Translations under genes and position numbers: made by a program
Assembly: GCA_964622255.1 (NCBI GenBank)
Contig: CAZUPK010000050.1
Location: forward strand, 1-48,748
Source: an uncultured Campylobacterales bacterium
Lineage (GTDB): Bacteria; Campylobacterota; Campylobacteria; Campylobacterales; QNZT01
Length of the DNA: 48,748 bases
Direction of reading: 5' to 3'
The notes under the pieces: generated by a model
What the model was told of the DNA's origin: nothing
The model's database searches: none
What the model saw: only the letters and a program-made list of their open reading frames with translations
Shown here: positions 39,804-48,748 of the stretch, one piece after another
Numbering within the stretch: the stretch's first letter is position 1
Layout: every line of letters starts with the position of its first letter

Positions 39804-41750
39804 TTAAAAGCTATTTTTAACAGCCGTTTCTATTTTTTCAACAACCGAAGGGTTTTCCAAAGTTGATATATCTTGTTTTATCTCTTCACCTTTGGCTATA
39901 CTTCTTAGTATCCTTCTCATAATTTTTCCACTTCTAGTTTTTGGAAGTCCAGCAACTGCTATTATATCATCAGCTTTTGCTATGTTTCCTATCTCTTCGG
40001 AAAGAAGTTCATTTATATGAATTTTTATATCATCTACTTTTACATTATCTTTTAAAACGACATAGATAAAAATGCTCTCTCCCTTTATATTATGGGGTTT
40101 TCCTACAACCGCAACTTCTGCTATATGTTCGTCTTTTTTAACTACTGCTTCTATCTCTGCTGTTCCCATTCTATGACCGGAGACATTTATAACATCATCA
40201 ACTCTTCCAGTTATTGTGATATATCCATCTTCATCAACCATAGCTCCATCACCGCTAAAATAAACCGCTTTTCCATCTTTTACACACTCGCTGAAATATG
40301 CCTTTTTATATCTATCATCATCTCCCCAAATAGTTCTTATCATACTAGGCCATGGTTTTGTAATACAAAGATACCCTTTTTCTCCTACAGGGGTAGGTGT
40401 TCCATCCTTTTGTATAACCTCAGCCATAATTCCAGGAAGTGGAAGTGTTGCACAAGCTGGTTTTATAGCTGTTGCAAAAGGGATAGGGCTTATCATATGC
40501 CCTCCCGTTTCAGTTTGCCACCAAGTATCGACTATACTACACTTTCCTCTACCAACTACATCATAATACCACTTCCAAGCAGGAGGGTCTATAGGCTCTC
40601 CAACAGTTCCTAAAACTCTTAAACTTTCTAAGTTATATTTCTTAGGCTCGTTCTCTCCCATCTTGTGTAAAACTCTGATGGCTGTTGGAGCAGTATAAAA
40701 CTGAGTTATCTTATGTTTTTGTATCATCTTCCAAGCCCTTTGGACATCTGGATGTGTAAGAACTCCCTCAAACATAACAGTAGTAGTTCCTGATGCAAGT
40801 GGTCCATAAACTATATATGTATGTCCTGTTATCCAACCTATATCTGCTGTGCACCAGTAAACATCACCCTCTTGTATATCAAAAACCCATTCCATAGTCA
40901 TCTGCGCCCATAGAATATAACCCGCAGTTGAGTGTTGAACACCTTTTGGTTTTCCAGTGCTTCCTGAAGTATAAAGCAAAAAGAGAGGATCTTCACTATC
41001 CATCATCTCAAAAGGACACTCATCACTCTCATTTTTTATAAGTTCGTTGTAATTATAGTCCCTGCCATTAATCCAATCTATATTTTCATTGTTTCTTTTG
41101 ACTACTAAAACAGCTTCTACCGAGTCAATGCCATCTTTTAAAGCCTCATCAACAACAGGTTTTAAAAGATAAGGCTCTCCTTTTCTATATGCTCCATCAG
41201 CAGTTATGATGAGTTTTGCTTTAGCATCCTCTATCCTATTTTTTAGTGCTTCAGCAGAAAATCCTCCAAAAACTACTGAGTGTATAGCTCCTATTCTAGC
41301 ACATGCAAGCATTGCATAAGCAGATTCTGGTATCATCGGCATATATAAAACTACCCTGTCACCCTTTTTAATACCAAACTTGTTTTTTAGAAGATTGGCA
41401 AATCTATTTACCTCTTTACTAAGTTCATTATATGTTATCTCTTGAATATCTCCTCTATCTCCTTCAAAGAGTATGGCAACTTGATCTCCCTTTGTTTTTA
41501 GGTGCCTATCTATACATTGGTTTGAAACATTTAACTTTCCATCTGTAAACCACTTGTAAAAAGGAGTGTTTGAGCTATCTAAAACTTTTTTATATGTCTT
41601 TATCCACTCTATTTTTTTATCAGCATATGACTTCCAAAAACCCTCATAATCATCCTTTGCTTTTTGCATAAGCTTTTTATATTCGTTTAAACTTTTTATA
41701 TTTGCTTTTTTGGCAAACTCTTCATTTGGATAGTAAAATTGTTTTTGCAT
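39804..41750 (-). CDS. acs: Acetyl-CoA synthetase
   Basis: [42 protein letters not shown]. Confidence 0.98.
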   Translation of the reverse strand: MQKQFYYPNEEFAKKANIKSLNEYKKLMQKAKDDYEGFWKSYADKKIEWIKTYKKVLDSSNTPFYKWFTDGKLNVSNQCIDRHLKTKGDQVAILFEGDRGDIQEITYNELSKEVNRFANLLKNKFGIKKGDRVVLYMPMIPESAYAMLACARIGAIHSVVFGGFSAEALKNRIEDAKAKLIITADGAYRKGEPYLLKPVVDEALKDGIDSVEAVLVVKRNNENIDWINGRDYNYNELIKNESDECPFEMMDSEDPLFLLYTSGSTGKPKGVQHSTAGYILWAQMTMEWVFDIQEGDVYWCTADIGWITGHTYIVYGPLASGTTTVMFEGVLTHPDVQRAWKMIQKHKITQFYTAPTAIRVLHKMGENEPKKYNLESLRVLGTVGEPIDPPAWKWYYDVVGRGKCSIVDTWWQTETGGHMISPIPFATAIKPACATLPLPGIMAEVIQKDGTPTPVGEKGYLCITKPWPSMIRTIWGDDDRYKKAYFSECVKDGKAVYFSGDGAMVDEDGYITITGRVDDVINVSGHRMGTAEIEAVVKKDEHIAEVAVVGKPHNIKGESIFIYVVLKDNVKVDDIKIHINELLSEEIGNIAKADDIIAVAGLPKTRSGKIMRRILRSIAKGEEIKQDISTLENPSVVEKIETAVKNSF

Positions 41751-41816
41751 AATTTTCCCCTTGTTAAATATGATGTAAAATTGTATCCATATACTAATAA
41801 AAGTTTAATTTATAAT

Positions 41817-42135
41817 GTGAACTACCCAATCTCTAAAGAAGATAGGCTTCTTGCTTTGTAATGGTGTGATTTCTAGCAAGTGCTAGAAACTTTATGACAC
41901 TCCACAAGCTTATATTTTGATAGTTCCTGTTGTATTTTTATTATCTACCTCTTTAGTTAGCTTTATACTCCAATTGTTGCATAAACTCATTATAAGCTAC
42001 ATCTGCTACTTATTTAGATAAGTATTTATTTTTAATCATACCTTTTGCATTCAAAGTTTCAAGACAAATAATACTCCTATTTTGAACTCTTTGATAGTAT
42101 ATTGATACATTGGAAGTCCATACTTTATTTTTTAG
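41817..42135 (-). mobile_element. tnpB: tnpB pseudogene fragment with omegaRNA-like region and IS605-type right end
   Basis: IICLETLNAKGMIKNKYLSK*VADVAYNEFMQQLEYKAN*RGR (RuvC-II region with stops), Zn finger deleted, tail TTGTIKI*ACG, RE GAAGCCTATCT-TCTTT-AGAGATTGGGTAGTTCAC. Confidence 0.85.
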
Positions 42136-42186
42136 GTTTCACTAATATATCAAAGAAATTAATCTTTTTTTTGTTAAAATGCGATT

Positions 42187-42975
42187 ATGATTAAACAAAT
42201 GCTTTTACTAATGATTTTTTTATCATCACTTTTTGCTAAGGTAGAAGTTATAGCAAGTATAGAACCTGAGGGCTTTCTTTTGAACTTTATAGGTAGAGAT
42301 ATGATAGATATTACAACTATAGTTCCAAATGGTGTATCTCCCCACACTTATAAACCAAAACCAAAACAGATGGTAAAACTTCAAGATGCAAAGATATACT
42401 TTGCCATAGGAGTTGAATTTGAAAAGGTATGGCTTGAAAAGTTTAAGTCTCAAAATTATAGTCTAAAAATAATTAAACTTGATGAAGATATAAAAAAGAT
42501 AAACAAAAATTCTCACATCTGGCTATCTATAGAAAATCTTAAGATTATGGCAAAAAAGGTATATAATTCTTTAGTCTTGATAGATAATGAAAATGGTGAT
42601 TTTTATAAGAAAAATTATGAAAGCTTGTTAGAAAAATTAACCGATTGTGGTCATAATATAAACAATATTTTATCAAAAAAGAAGAGTAAAACCTTTATGA
42701 CTTTTCATCCTGCTTTTACCTACTTTGCAGATGAGTTTAATCTAACTCAAATCTCTATCGAGATGGACGGAAAGGAGCCAAATTTAAAAAAGCTTTTAAA
42801 AATTATAAAAAAGGCTAAAAAAAGTTGTATAAGAACTATCATAACAAGCCCGGAGTTTTCTGATAAATTGGCTAAAATCATAGCAAACGAATTAGATGCT
42901 ACTATAATAAAAATATCTCCTCTAAATCCTAACATTTGCCAAACTCTAAAAGAGGTAGCAAACTCGCTAAGATGA
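42187..42975 (+). CDS. znuA: Zn/Mn ABC transporter substrate-binding protein
   Basis: SPHTY.PKP, HIWLS, HPAFTYF, GKEP; signal peptide. Confidence 0.9.
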   Translation: MIKQMLLLMIFLSSLFAKVEVIASIEPEGFLLNFIGRDMIDITTIVPNGVSPHTYKPKPKQMVKLQDAKIYFAIGVEFEKVWLEKFKSQNYSLKIIKLDEDIKKINKNSHIWLSIENLKIMAKKVYNSLVLIDNENGDFYKKNYESLLEKLTDCGHNINNILSKKKSKTFMTFHPAFTYFADEFNLTQISIEMDGKEPNLKKLLKIIKKAKKSCIRTIITSPEFSDKLAKIIANELDATIIKISPLNPNICQTLKEVANSLR

Positions 42976-43667
42976 AAACAGTTCTATCTATAAAAAATCT
43001 ACATTATTCATATTCAAAGCAAAAAGTTTTAGAAGATATAAACTTAGAGGTTAAAGAGAGAGATTTTTTAGTCATTATTGGTGCAAATGGTGGGGGAAAA
43101 AGCACACTTTTAAAACTCATCTTGGGGCTTTTACCGCTAAAAGAGGGAGAGATAAAACTATATGAAAAAAAGATAGGTTATGTTCCTCAAAATACAAATA
43201 TAAACAACAACTTTCCTATAAAAGTATGGGAAGTAGTAAGTTTAGGTTACAATCCAAATGAGAGCATCAAACAAAGAGTAAAAGAGGTTTTAAAGCAGGT
43301 TGGTTTAGAAGGGTCTTTCGAAACTAAGATAGGTTCTCTCTCTGGTGGCCAAAGACAAAGAGTTATGATAGCAAGAGCTCTTTTTAGTAAACCTAAACTA
43401 CTTCTTTTGGATGAACCAACCTCAAATATAGACCCAACAGCAAGTGAAAGTATATATAAACTTTTAAAGGAGTTGAACCAAGAGATAACTATTGTAGTAG
43501 TAAGTCACGATATATCTGTTATATTAAAATATCCAACAAAAATAGCTTATATAAATAAAAATATTTTTATGCATCAGAGTCCAAACTTAGAGTTAAATCA
43601 AGATGGACACTTTTGTGAAGTGGAACTTATGCAAATGCTAGAGGAATATACATGCAAGAGTTGTTAA
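42972..43667 (+). CDS. znuC: Zn/Mn ABC transporter ATP-binding protein
   Basis: GANGGGKST, YVPQ, LSGGQRQR, LDEP, VSHD; ATGA-type overlap start at 42972 (ORF track starts at 42936). Confidence 0.92.
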   Translation: MKTVLSIKNLHYSYSKQKVLEDINLEVKERDFLVIIGANGGGKSTLLKLILGLLPLKEGEIKLYEKKIGYVPQNTNINNNFPIKVWEVVSLGYNPNESIKQRVKEVLKQVGLEGSFETKIGSLSGGQRQRVMIARALFSKPKLLLLDEPTSNIDPTASESIYKLLKELNQEITIVVVSHDISVILKYPTKIAYINKNIFMHQSPNLELNQDGHFCEVELMQMLEEYTCKSC

Positions 43668-44443
43668 GTTATACATTTTTTCAACATGCTTTGCTCTCAG
43701 CTTTTCTTATAAGTATAGCAAGTGGAATAATAGGCAGTTTGATAGTAGTAAATCGTATGGTTTTTCTTTCTGGTGGAATAGCCCATGCATCATATGGAGG
43801 AATAGGAATAGCTCTGTTTTTCGGACTTCCATTTTTTGTTGGCACAACCATCTTTAGTGTAACAGTTGCCATTATCATAGCCCTTTTAACTTTAAAAAAT
43901 AGAGAGTTTATAGACACATATATAGGTGTTACATGGGCAGTTGGTATGGCGATTGGAATAGTTTTTATAGATAAAACGAGTGGCTACAGTGGTGACCTTA
44001 TGAGTTATCTCTTTGGCTCTATCTTAGCAGTAAGCAAAAGTGATATATACTATATGCTAACTATAGTTTTACTTATCATTTTTATAGTTACACTTTGGTA
44101 TAGAAAGATTTTGGCTGTCTCTTATGATATGGAGTATGCAGGACTTTTAGGGATAAATAGTAAGTTTTTCTATACACTCATACTTATACTATCTTCTTTG
44201 ACAATAGTTATAGCTATAAAAGTTATAGGTCTTATCCTTATTATAGCACTTTTAACCATACCAACTTTTATGGCTTTAAAACTATCATCTTCACTTAAAA
44301 CTATGATGATGCTCTCTTCACTTTTTTCTATGCTTTTTACAGTTACAGGACTTATAGCATCATACTACCTTGATATAACAAGCGGAGCTAGTATTATTCT
44401 TATAAGTGCTATATTTTTTGTTGGATTTAATTTTTTATTGTAG
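43652..44443 (+). CDS. znuB: Zn/Mn ABC transporter permease
   Basis: GGIAHAS..G, DLMSYLFGSIL, IKVIG.IL..ALL.IP. Confidence 0.93.
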   Translation: MQELLSYTFFQHALLSAFLISIASGIIGSLIVVNRMVFLSGGIAHASYGGIGIALFFGLPFFVGTTIFSVTVAIIIALLTLKNREFIDTYIGVTWAVGMAIGIVFIDKTSGYSGDLMSYLFGSILAVSKSDIYYMLTIVLLIIFIVTLWYRKILAVSYDMEYAGLLGINSKFFYTLILILSSLTIVIAIKVIGLILIIALLTIPTFMALKLSSSLKTMMMLSSLFSMLFTVTGLIASYYLDITSGASIILISAIFFVGFNFLL

Positions 44444-45254
44444 CTATCTTTTCTCCAAATCTTACCTTTTTCCCCAAACTATCCTCCAAAGTAACAAATC
44501 CTTTTTGAAAAAGTAAAACTACTGTTGAACCCATCTTAAACATACCAAGCTCATAAGCTTTGTTTAGAGCTATATCTTCATAATCATACACTTTTATCTC
44601 TTTAGCATCACTGTTTGTTTCTATGCTATCATCAAACTTTATAGTCATCTTTCCAACATTTAAAGCTCCAATCATAACCATATAAAAGAGTTTTCGATTA
44701 TGTTCGCACTCTATGATAACTCTTTCATTTTTTATGAAAAGTTCCACCATAGAGTTTAGGTAAGTGTTGTTTACAGGGTATAAGCTTCCAGGAACATAGA
44801 CTATTTTATTTATTTTAGCTGATAGTGGGAGGTGGTATCTGTGATAATCTTTTGGAGATAAGTATAAGTTTATAAACTCTCCATTGTAAAGTTTTCTTAA
44901 TCTTTTTGCTTCAAATTTATCAGTTAAAAGTTCATCTACACTATAGCAAAGTCCCTTTATCTGTAAAGCTAAATCCTCTTTTATTTTTCCTTGAGCTGTT
45001 ACCAAACTATCTGTAGGAGATATGACAGAGTTTTCAGCTTCATCTATATTTCTTTTTTTTATTAAAGCTCTTGTAAAAAGGGCATTTAAACTCTTATAAT
45101 TATGAGGAGGATTAAACTCACTCATATCAACACCCATACATTTTACATAAGTTTTGTTTATAAAACTTTGGCAAAGTGGTGGGAACTCTTTATTAGCAAA
45201 CTTTTCAAAACATTTTGAGATGGTATTTGTCCACGATGCTTTTAGTAGATTCAT
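44427..45254 (-). CDS. psd: Phosphatidylserine decarboxylase proenzyme
   Basis: FTR, SPTD, YLSP.DYHRYH, IGALNVG, cleavage motif FKMGSTVV. Confidence 0.95.
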   Translation of the reverse strand: MNLLKASWTNTISKCFEKFANKEFPPLCQSFINKTYVKCMGVDMSEFNPPHNYKSLNALFTRALIKKRNIDEAENSVISPTDSLVTAQGKIKEDLALQIKGLCYSVDELLTDKFEAKRLRKLYNGEFINLYLSPKDYHRYHLPLSAKINKIVYVPGSLYPVNNTYLNSMVELFIKNERVIIECEHNRKLFYMVMIGALNVGKMTIKFDDSIETNSDAKEIKVYDYEDIALNKAYELGMFKMGSTVVLLFQKGFVTLEDSLGKKVRFGEKIATIKN

Positions 45255-45391
45255 CTTCTTCTCCCTTTCAATCTTTGTGCAAATTTGTATATAGCAATAT
45301 CATATAAATCATAGATATTATTACATTCGGTTAAAATATCCATTTGTTCTACATCTTTTTTGTAGCAACCTAAGCCTCCTTTGTTGGCCAT
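45251..45391 (-). CDS. Unannotated 46-aa ORF MANKGGLGCYKKDVEQMDILTECNNIYDLYDIAIYKFAQRLKGRRR
   Basis: Fills the whole gap between the ferritin-like gene and psd; stop TGA overlaps the psd ATG (ATGA); no clear SD. Confidence 0.5.
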   Translation of the reverse strand: MANKGGLGCYKKDVEQMDILTECNNIYDLYDIAIYKFAQRLKGRRR

Positions 45392-46224
45392 TTTTTGTAT
45401 AAAGTATATTTTAAAGCTTTTTGCATTAGCTCTATATGGTAGTTTTCTTGGTTGTTTATAAAGTTAAAAAAGTTTGAAAGCTCTTCATTTTTTACAGCTT
45501 GAGATAGTTTTATACACTCCTCTTTTGCCATTTTCTCTTCCTCTATACCATCAAGTAAAAACTGCTTAAGATCATCAAATTTATAAACACTTTGAACTAT
45601 TTGTCTTGGAAGATAGAGGATTCCCATCCTACTTAACATTCTTGCAAAACTTTTTAAGTGGAAAAATGATTCATAAATCAAATCTATAAAGATATTTGAA
45701 AGAACTTTCGAATCTGTATAAAAGTTTGAGTAACTATAAACCATAACAAGTTCATATTCTTTATATGTCTCTTCAAATAAAAACTGTGTTAAAGCATCTG
45801 TGCTTGTTTTATCAAGTTCATACCCTTCTAGAACTCTTTTTTTACTAAAAGCTGTTATAGGTTGGTTGTTTTTTTCATTCTTTAAAAGAACATCTATTTT
45901 TTGGATAAAATATTCTTCATCAGCTACAAATCTATCAAACATCCCATCACTTTGGTAAGACTCTCTTATATCCTCTAACTGCTTTTTTAAAAGTGTAAAA
46001 AGTTCAAAGTTGTCTTTTGCCTCAAACTTTACATTTGCTCTTTCATAGTCAAAGTTAAACTCTTGTTTTTCTTCTGCCAACTTTGTACCAAGCCAATTTA
46101 AGTGCCTATACTCTATAAAAGCAAAATCATATAAAATATCAAACAAGTCATCATTACTGATGCTAAAAGCACCAAAAAGCATACTTAAAAATAATTCATG
46201 TTTTTTTTGAAAAAGTTTATTCAT
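45370..46224 (-). CDS. Tandem ferritin-like (di-iron carboxylate) domain protein
   Basis: Helical; EYRH, EE..KE, ESFFH, EEE, ENYH spaced like two four-helix bundles. Confidence 0.7.
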   Translation of the reverse strand: MNKLFQKKHELFLSMLFGAFSISNDDLFDILYDFAFIEYRHLNWLGTKLAEEKQEFNFDYERANVKFEAKDNFELFTLLKKQLEDIRESYQSDGMFDRFVADEEYFIQKIDVLLKNEKNNQPITAFSKKRVLEGYELDKTSTDALTQFLFEETYKEYELVMVYSYSNFYTDSKVLSNIFIDLIYESFFHLKSFARMLSRMGILYLPRQIVQSVYKFDDLKQFLLDGIEEEKMAKEECIKLSQAVKNEELSNFFNFINNQENYHIELMQKALKYTLYKKWPTKEA

Positions 46225-46696
46225 TTGGCAACTCCTCTTGAGGATAGCAATCGTTACTTATTTCTAAAATATACTCTTTTTCATCACTATTTCCAGCTCT
46301 TCTGTGCATAAGATTTTCATATGATGCAAGATATGCTTTTGCAACCATCTCTCCACAAGCTCTTTGCTCTAGAGGAACATTGTCAAGATTTGCGATAAAT
46401 TCATTTGCTACATCTAAAGCTTCTTGTAAAGTTTCACCCTTTATCATATCTGTAAATATTGAACCGGTAACAACTGTACTCATACATCCTATACACTCGA
46501 ACTTTATATCCTTTATAGTATCTCTATCAACCTTTAAGTAAAGATTTACTAGTTCGTTGTTAAAGGGATTTTTCCCAACTCCTAAGGCATCTTCATTTTC
46601 CATCCTTCCATAGTTTCGTGGATTCATCATATGATCTATATACTCATCTTTTAACTCTTGAATTTTTGCTTCATCATACTGTTTTTCTTCACTCAT
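46217..46696 (-). CDS. NifU-N/IscU-like scaffold protein, atypical Cys pattern
   Basis: DHMMNPRNYG, LYLKV....I.DIKFE..GC, S...DMIKG.T..EA, RAC. Confidence 0.85.
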   Translation of the reverse strand: MSEEKQYDEAKIQELKDEYIDHMMNPRNYGRMENEDALGVGKNPFNNELVNLYLKVDRDTIKDIKFECIGCMSTVVTGSIFTDMIKGETLQEALDVANEFIANLDNVPLEQRACGEMVAKAYLASYENLMHRRAGNSDEKEYILEISNDCYPQEELPNE

Positions 46697-46814
46697 CCTA
46701 CCTCCTAAAAATTTGATATATTTCTAAATTGAGCAATTTCTACTTTAACCATATCAACCTCTGCTTTAGCCTATTTCAAAGAGTTACATTTTTTTATATC
46801 ACTCATTTTGACTC

Positions 46815-48748
46815 CTACTTAAAAATTTCATCGATAATTCCGGATTTAAAATCTATATTTCCAGTTAGTTGTTTATCAATTATAGGAGCTGTTATAACAC
46901 CTAAATGATATTCATTGTTTAAAAAATATTGATAACCTCCCTCATCGTGACTTGGATCATCAAAAAGAGCCATTACAGCATATCCAAAAAGATCTTTTGC
47001 ATAAAAATTTTTATATACATTTTTTGCTTTTAATTCCCAACCAGTAGAATTTATTTCATTGTTTTCTATAAGACGATTATTATTAATATCTTTCCAAGTG
47101 GCAGTTGCTATAGTTATATAAGGCAGGAAAACTGGTTTATTGTATCTATTTTTTAAAAAAGTTGCAAAATTTGATAATCTTTGTGCTAAATACTCTATCC
47201 CTATTTCTTCATCACTAAAAGCTTTTGGGTTTGGGTTATTCCAAGTTCCTGGATTATTTGGATCTCTACTAAATTGTCCTATCATTTGCTGAAATGATAT
47301 AAAATCTAATTTATTTAATAGTGAATTATAAATAGGATCTACCCTTTGCCATTCATATTTATCACCCAATGCACAAAAGTTATATCCACATTTTCCAAGA
47401 TCACTTGAAGTTGTTCTGCTTCCTGTATCCATCATCGCTAGTGAAATATAGATATTTTTATCTTCACTTTTTAATATATCTATTGCTTTATTTATTGTGT
47501 CTATAAAAATATCTCTTAAATTTAAATCTGTTAAAATGTTTTCTTTATTAAATTCTGGTTCTAATATAAACAGTTTATCTCCATTAAATTGCTTAATAAA
47601 AGTTGCTACTCTTTTGACATCTTCTAAATAATTTTCTTTATTGTTTTGTAAATAACCATCTTCTACTAAGTGATCTCCAAAATACCAGTAAATAAATACA
47701 GGAATTTTACCTTCATCCATTAAAGTTTGGACACTATTTACATTAAACCAATTCTCTTGCCACTCTTTTGTCATCCAATATATAATATATCTACTTTTGC
47801 TAATTTTTTTAGATAAAGTATTAAATGCACTTTCATTGAAATCTGTAATATTATTTTTATAAGATTTAAAATCATTATGTATAAGATCGGTAGCATCAAG
47901 CCATATGTTATTGTGAAATTTAAAACTGCTTGATCCTCCAAAACCCACTGCATATGTTTGAAATAGATAATCTGAGCAGTTATATCTCCATTTGCCATTT
48001 AATTCTTTTGGTAATATATTTGTATTAAATTTTAATTGTTTTGATTTATTGCAAAGTTTAACCATTTCATCTTGTTGTAAATATTTTGAATTATATTCTA
48101 CATTAAAAACAGGTTTTTCTTTTAATATGAAAGGCTTTAATAAATCACATTCATTAAATTTAAAGCATTGTTCATTGATACTAAAATCAAAATCATCAAC
48201 CAAGTCATTAACTTGCTTTAAATCATTTTTCAAACCAATACTAAGACCTCTTAAATGAGCCTCTTTAGCTAAAAAGCGATTATATTCTAGTTGATCTTTA
48301 CTTGTTAAATTAAAACCGGTGTCATTTGAATATCCATCTACATTATCAGCTTCAACACCATCACATTCTTTTTCTTTAGCAATATCCAATCTTGCTTTCA
48401 TAATCTCTCTTACATTATTACTTCTTATATCTATCCAATTTTCTCCTTCCCACCCATCTAAACTTTTTCCTATTTCTTCAGATTTAAATTTATTAAAATC
48501 ACTTCTCCAATTTTCACTACTACCAGCACTAAAATAACAAATAACTTTTAGTCCTTTTTGATGTAATTGATTGATTTTTTCCTTGGAAGTTTCAAAAAGG
48601 TCTATATCATAAATGGTGGCATTGGTGCTAAGATTTAAATCTTCGGTTAACTGATATTGCCAAACATCTTTTAAAGTTGGATGATAATAATTTGAAATTA
48701 AAGTTTCATTATTTTCTTGGATACCTTTATCCCCTCCGCAATTTACAA
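46815..48748 (-). CDS. Probable lipoprotein: GH114 endo-alpha-1,4-polygalactosaminidase domain plus second TIM-barrel-like domain (5' truncated by window)
   Basis: Frame is open from 48746: VNCGG lipobox-like, WQYQL, YDIDLF, ICYFSAGS.ENWR.D, GW.GE.WID, CDGVEADNVD, GLKND, NEQC, KPVFNVEY. Confidence 0.88.
   Translation of the reverse strand, partial: VNCGGDKGIQENNETLISNYYHPTLKDVWQYQLTEDLNLSTNATIYDIDLFETSKEKINQLHQKGLKVICYFSAGSSENWRSDFNKFKSEEIGKSLDGWEGENWIDIRSNNVREIMKARLDIAKEKECDGVEADNVDGYSNDTGFNLTSKDQLEYNRFLAKEAHLRGLSIGLKNDLKQVNDLVDDFDFSINEQCFKFNECDLLKPFILKEKPVFNVEYNSKYLQQDEMVKLCNKSKQLKFNTNILPKELNGKWRYNCSDYLFQTYAVGFGGSSSFKFHNNIWLDATDLIHNDFKSYKNNITDFNESAFNTLSKKISKSRYIIYWMTKEWQENWFNVNSVQTLMDEGKIPVFIYWYFGDHLVEDGYLQNNKENYLEDVKRVATFIKQFNGDKLFILEPEFNKENILTDLNLRDIFIDTINKAIDILKSEDKNIYISLAMMDTGSRTTSSDLGKCGYNFCALGDKYEWQRVDPIYNSLLNKLDFISFQQMIGQFSRDPNNPGTWNNPNPKAFSDEEIGIEYLAQRLSNFATFLKNRYNKPVFLPYITIATATWKDINNNRLIENNEINSTGWELKAKNVYKNFYAKDLFGYAVMALFDDPSHDEGGYQYFLNNEYHLGVITAPIIDKQLTGNIDFKSGIIDEIFK

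Noticed and set aside
40092-40613. 173-aa + strand ORF
   Set aside because: Fully antisense to acs, with no recognisable motifs.
46697-46814. Broken mini-frame MSDIKKCNSLK*AKAEVDMVKVEIAQFRNISNF after the GH114 gene
   Set aside because: Possibly a junction relic but unassignable; not enough evidence.

Overview
AT-rich window from a Campylobacterota (epsilonproteobacterial) chromosome, judged from gene content and order (HsrA/CosR-type regulator, fused CcsBA, lnt<>yajC-secD-secF, ftsW next to flgC/fliE, P-II after amtB). It is mostly housekeeping genes: a tRNA cluster (Lys-Glu-Val-Asp), cinA, ileS, a 7-gene MoxR/vWA (Bat-like) operon, plsY-folB, hsrA plus a sensor kinase, fdx, ppx/gppA and an RluA-family gene, lnt, yajC-secDF, ccsBA, an M48 peptidase with DUF898, aspS, mobA, leuC, murG, ftsW, glnB, tgt, hemD, acs, znuACB and psd. 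The window ends in a GH114 lipoprotein gene cut by the edge. The most unusual signal is in the 'intergenic' DNA, which the ORF track does not explain. (1) A ~310 bp internally deleted IS200/IS605 element keeps both ends, an intact promoter and an omegaRNA-like 3' region, and abuts the last 27 codons of a lost amtB upstream of glnB. (2) A second, different tnpB relic lies beside acs. (3) A 267 bp element with 32 bp terminal inverted repeats folds into a three-way junction. (4) There are decayed flgC and MNT-antitoxin remnants and a hydrogenase small subunit without its large subunit. (5) An operon links an atypical IscU-like gene, a tandem ferritin-like gene and an unannotated 46-aa ORF. All family assignments are from motif recognition by eye; no searches were run.
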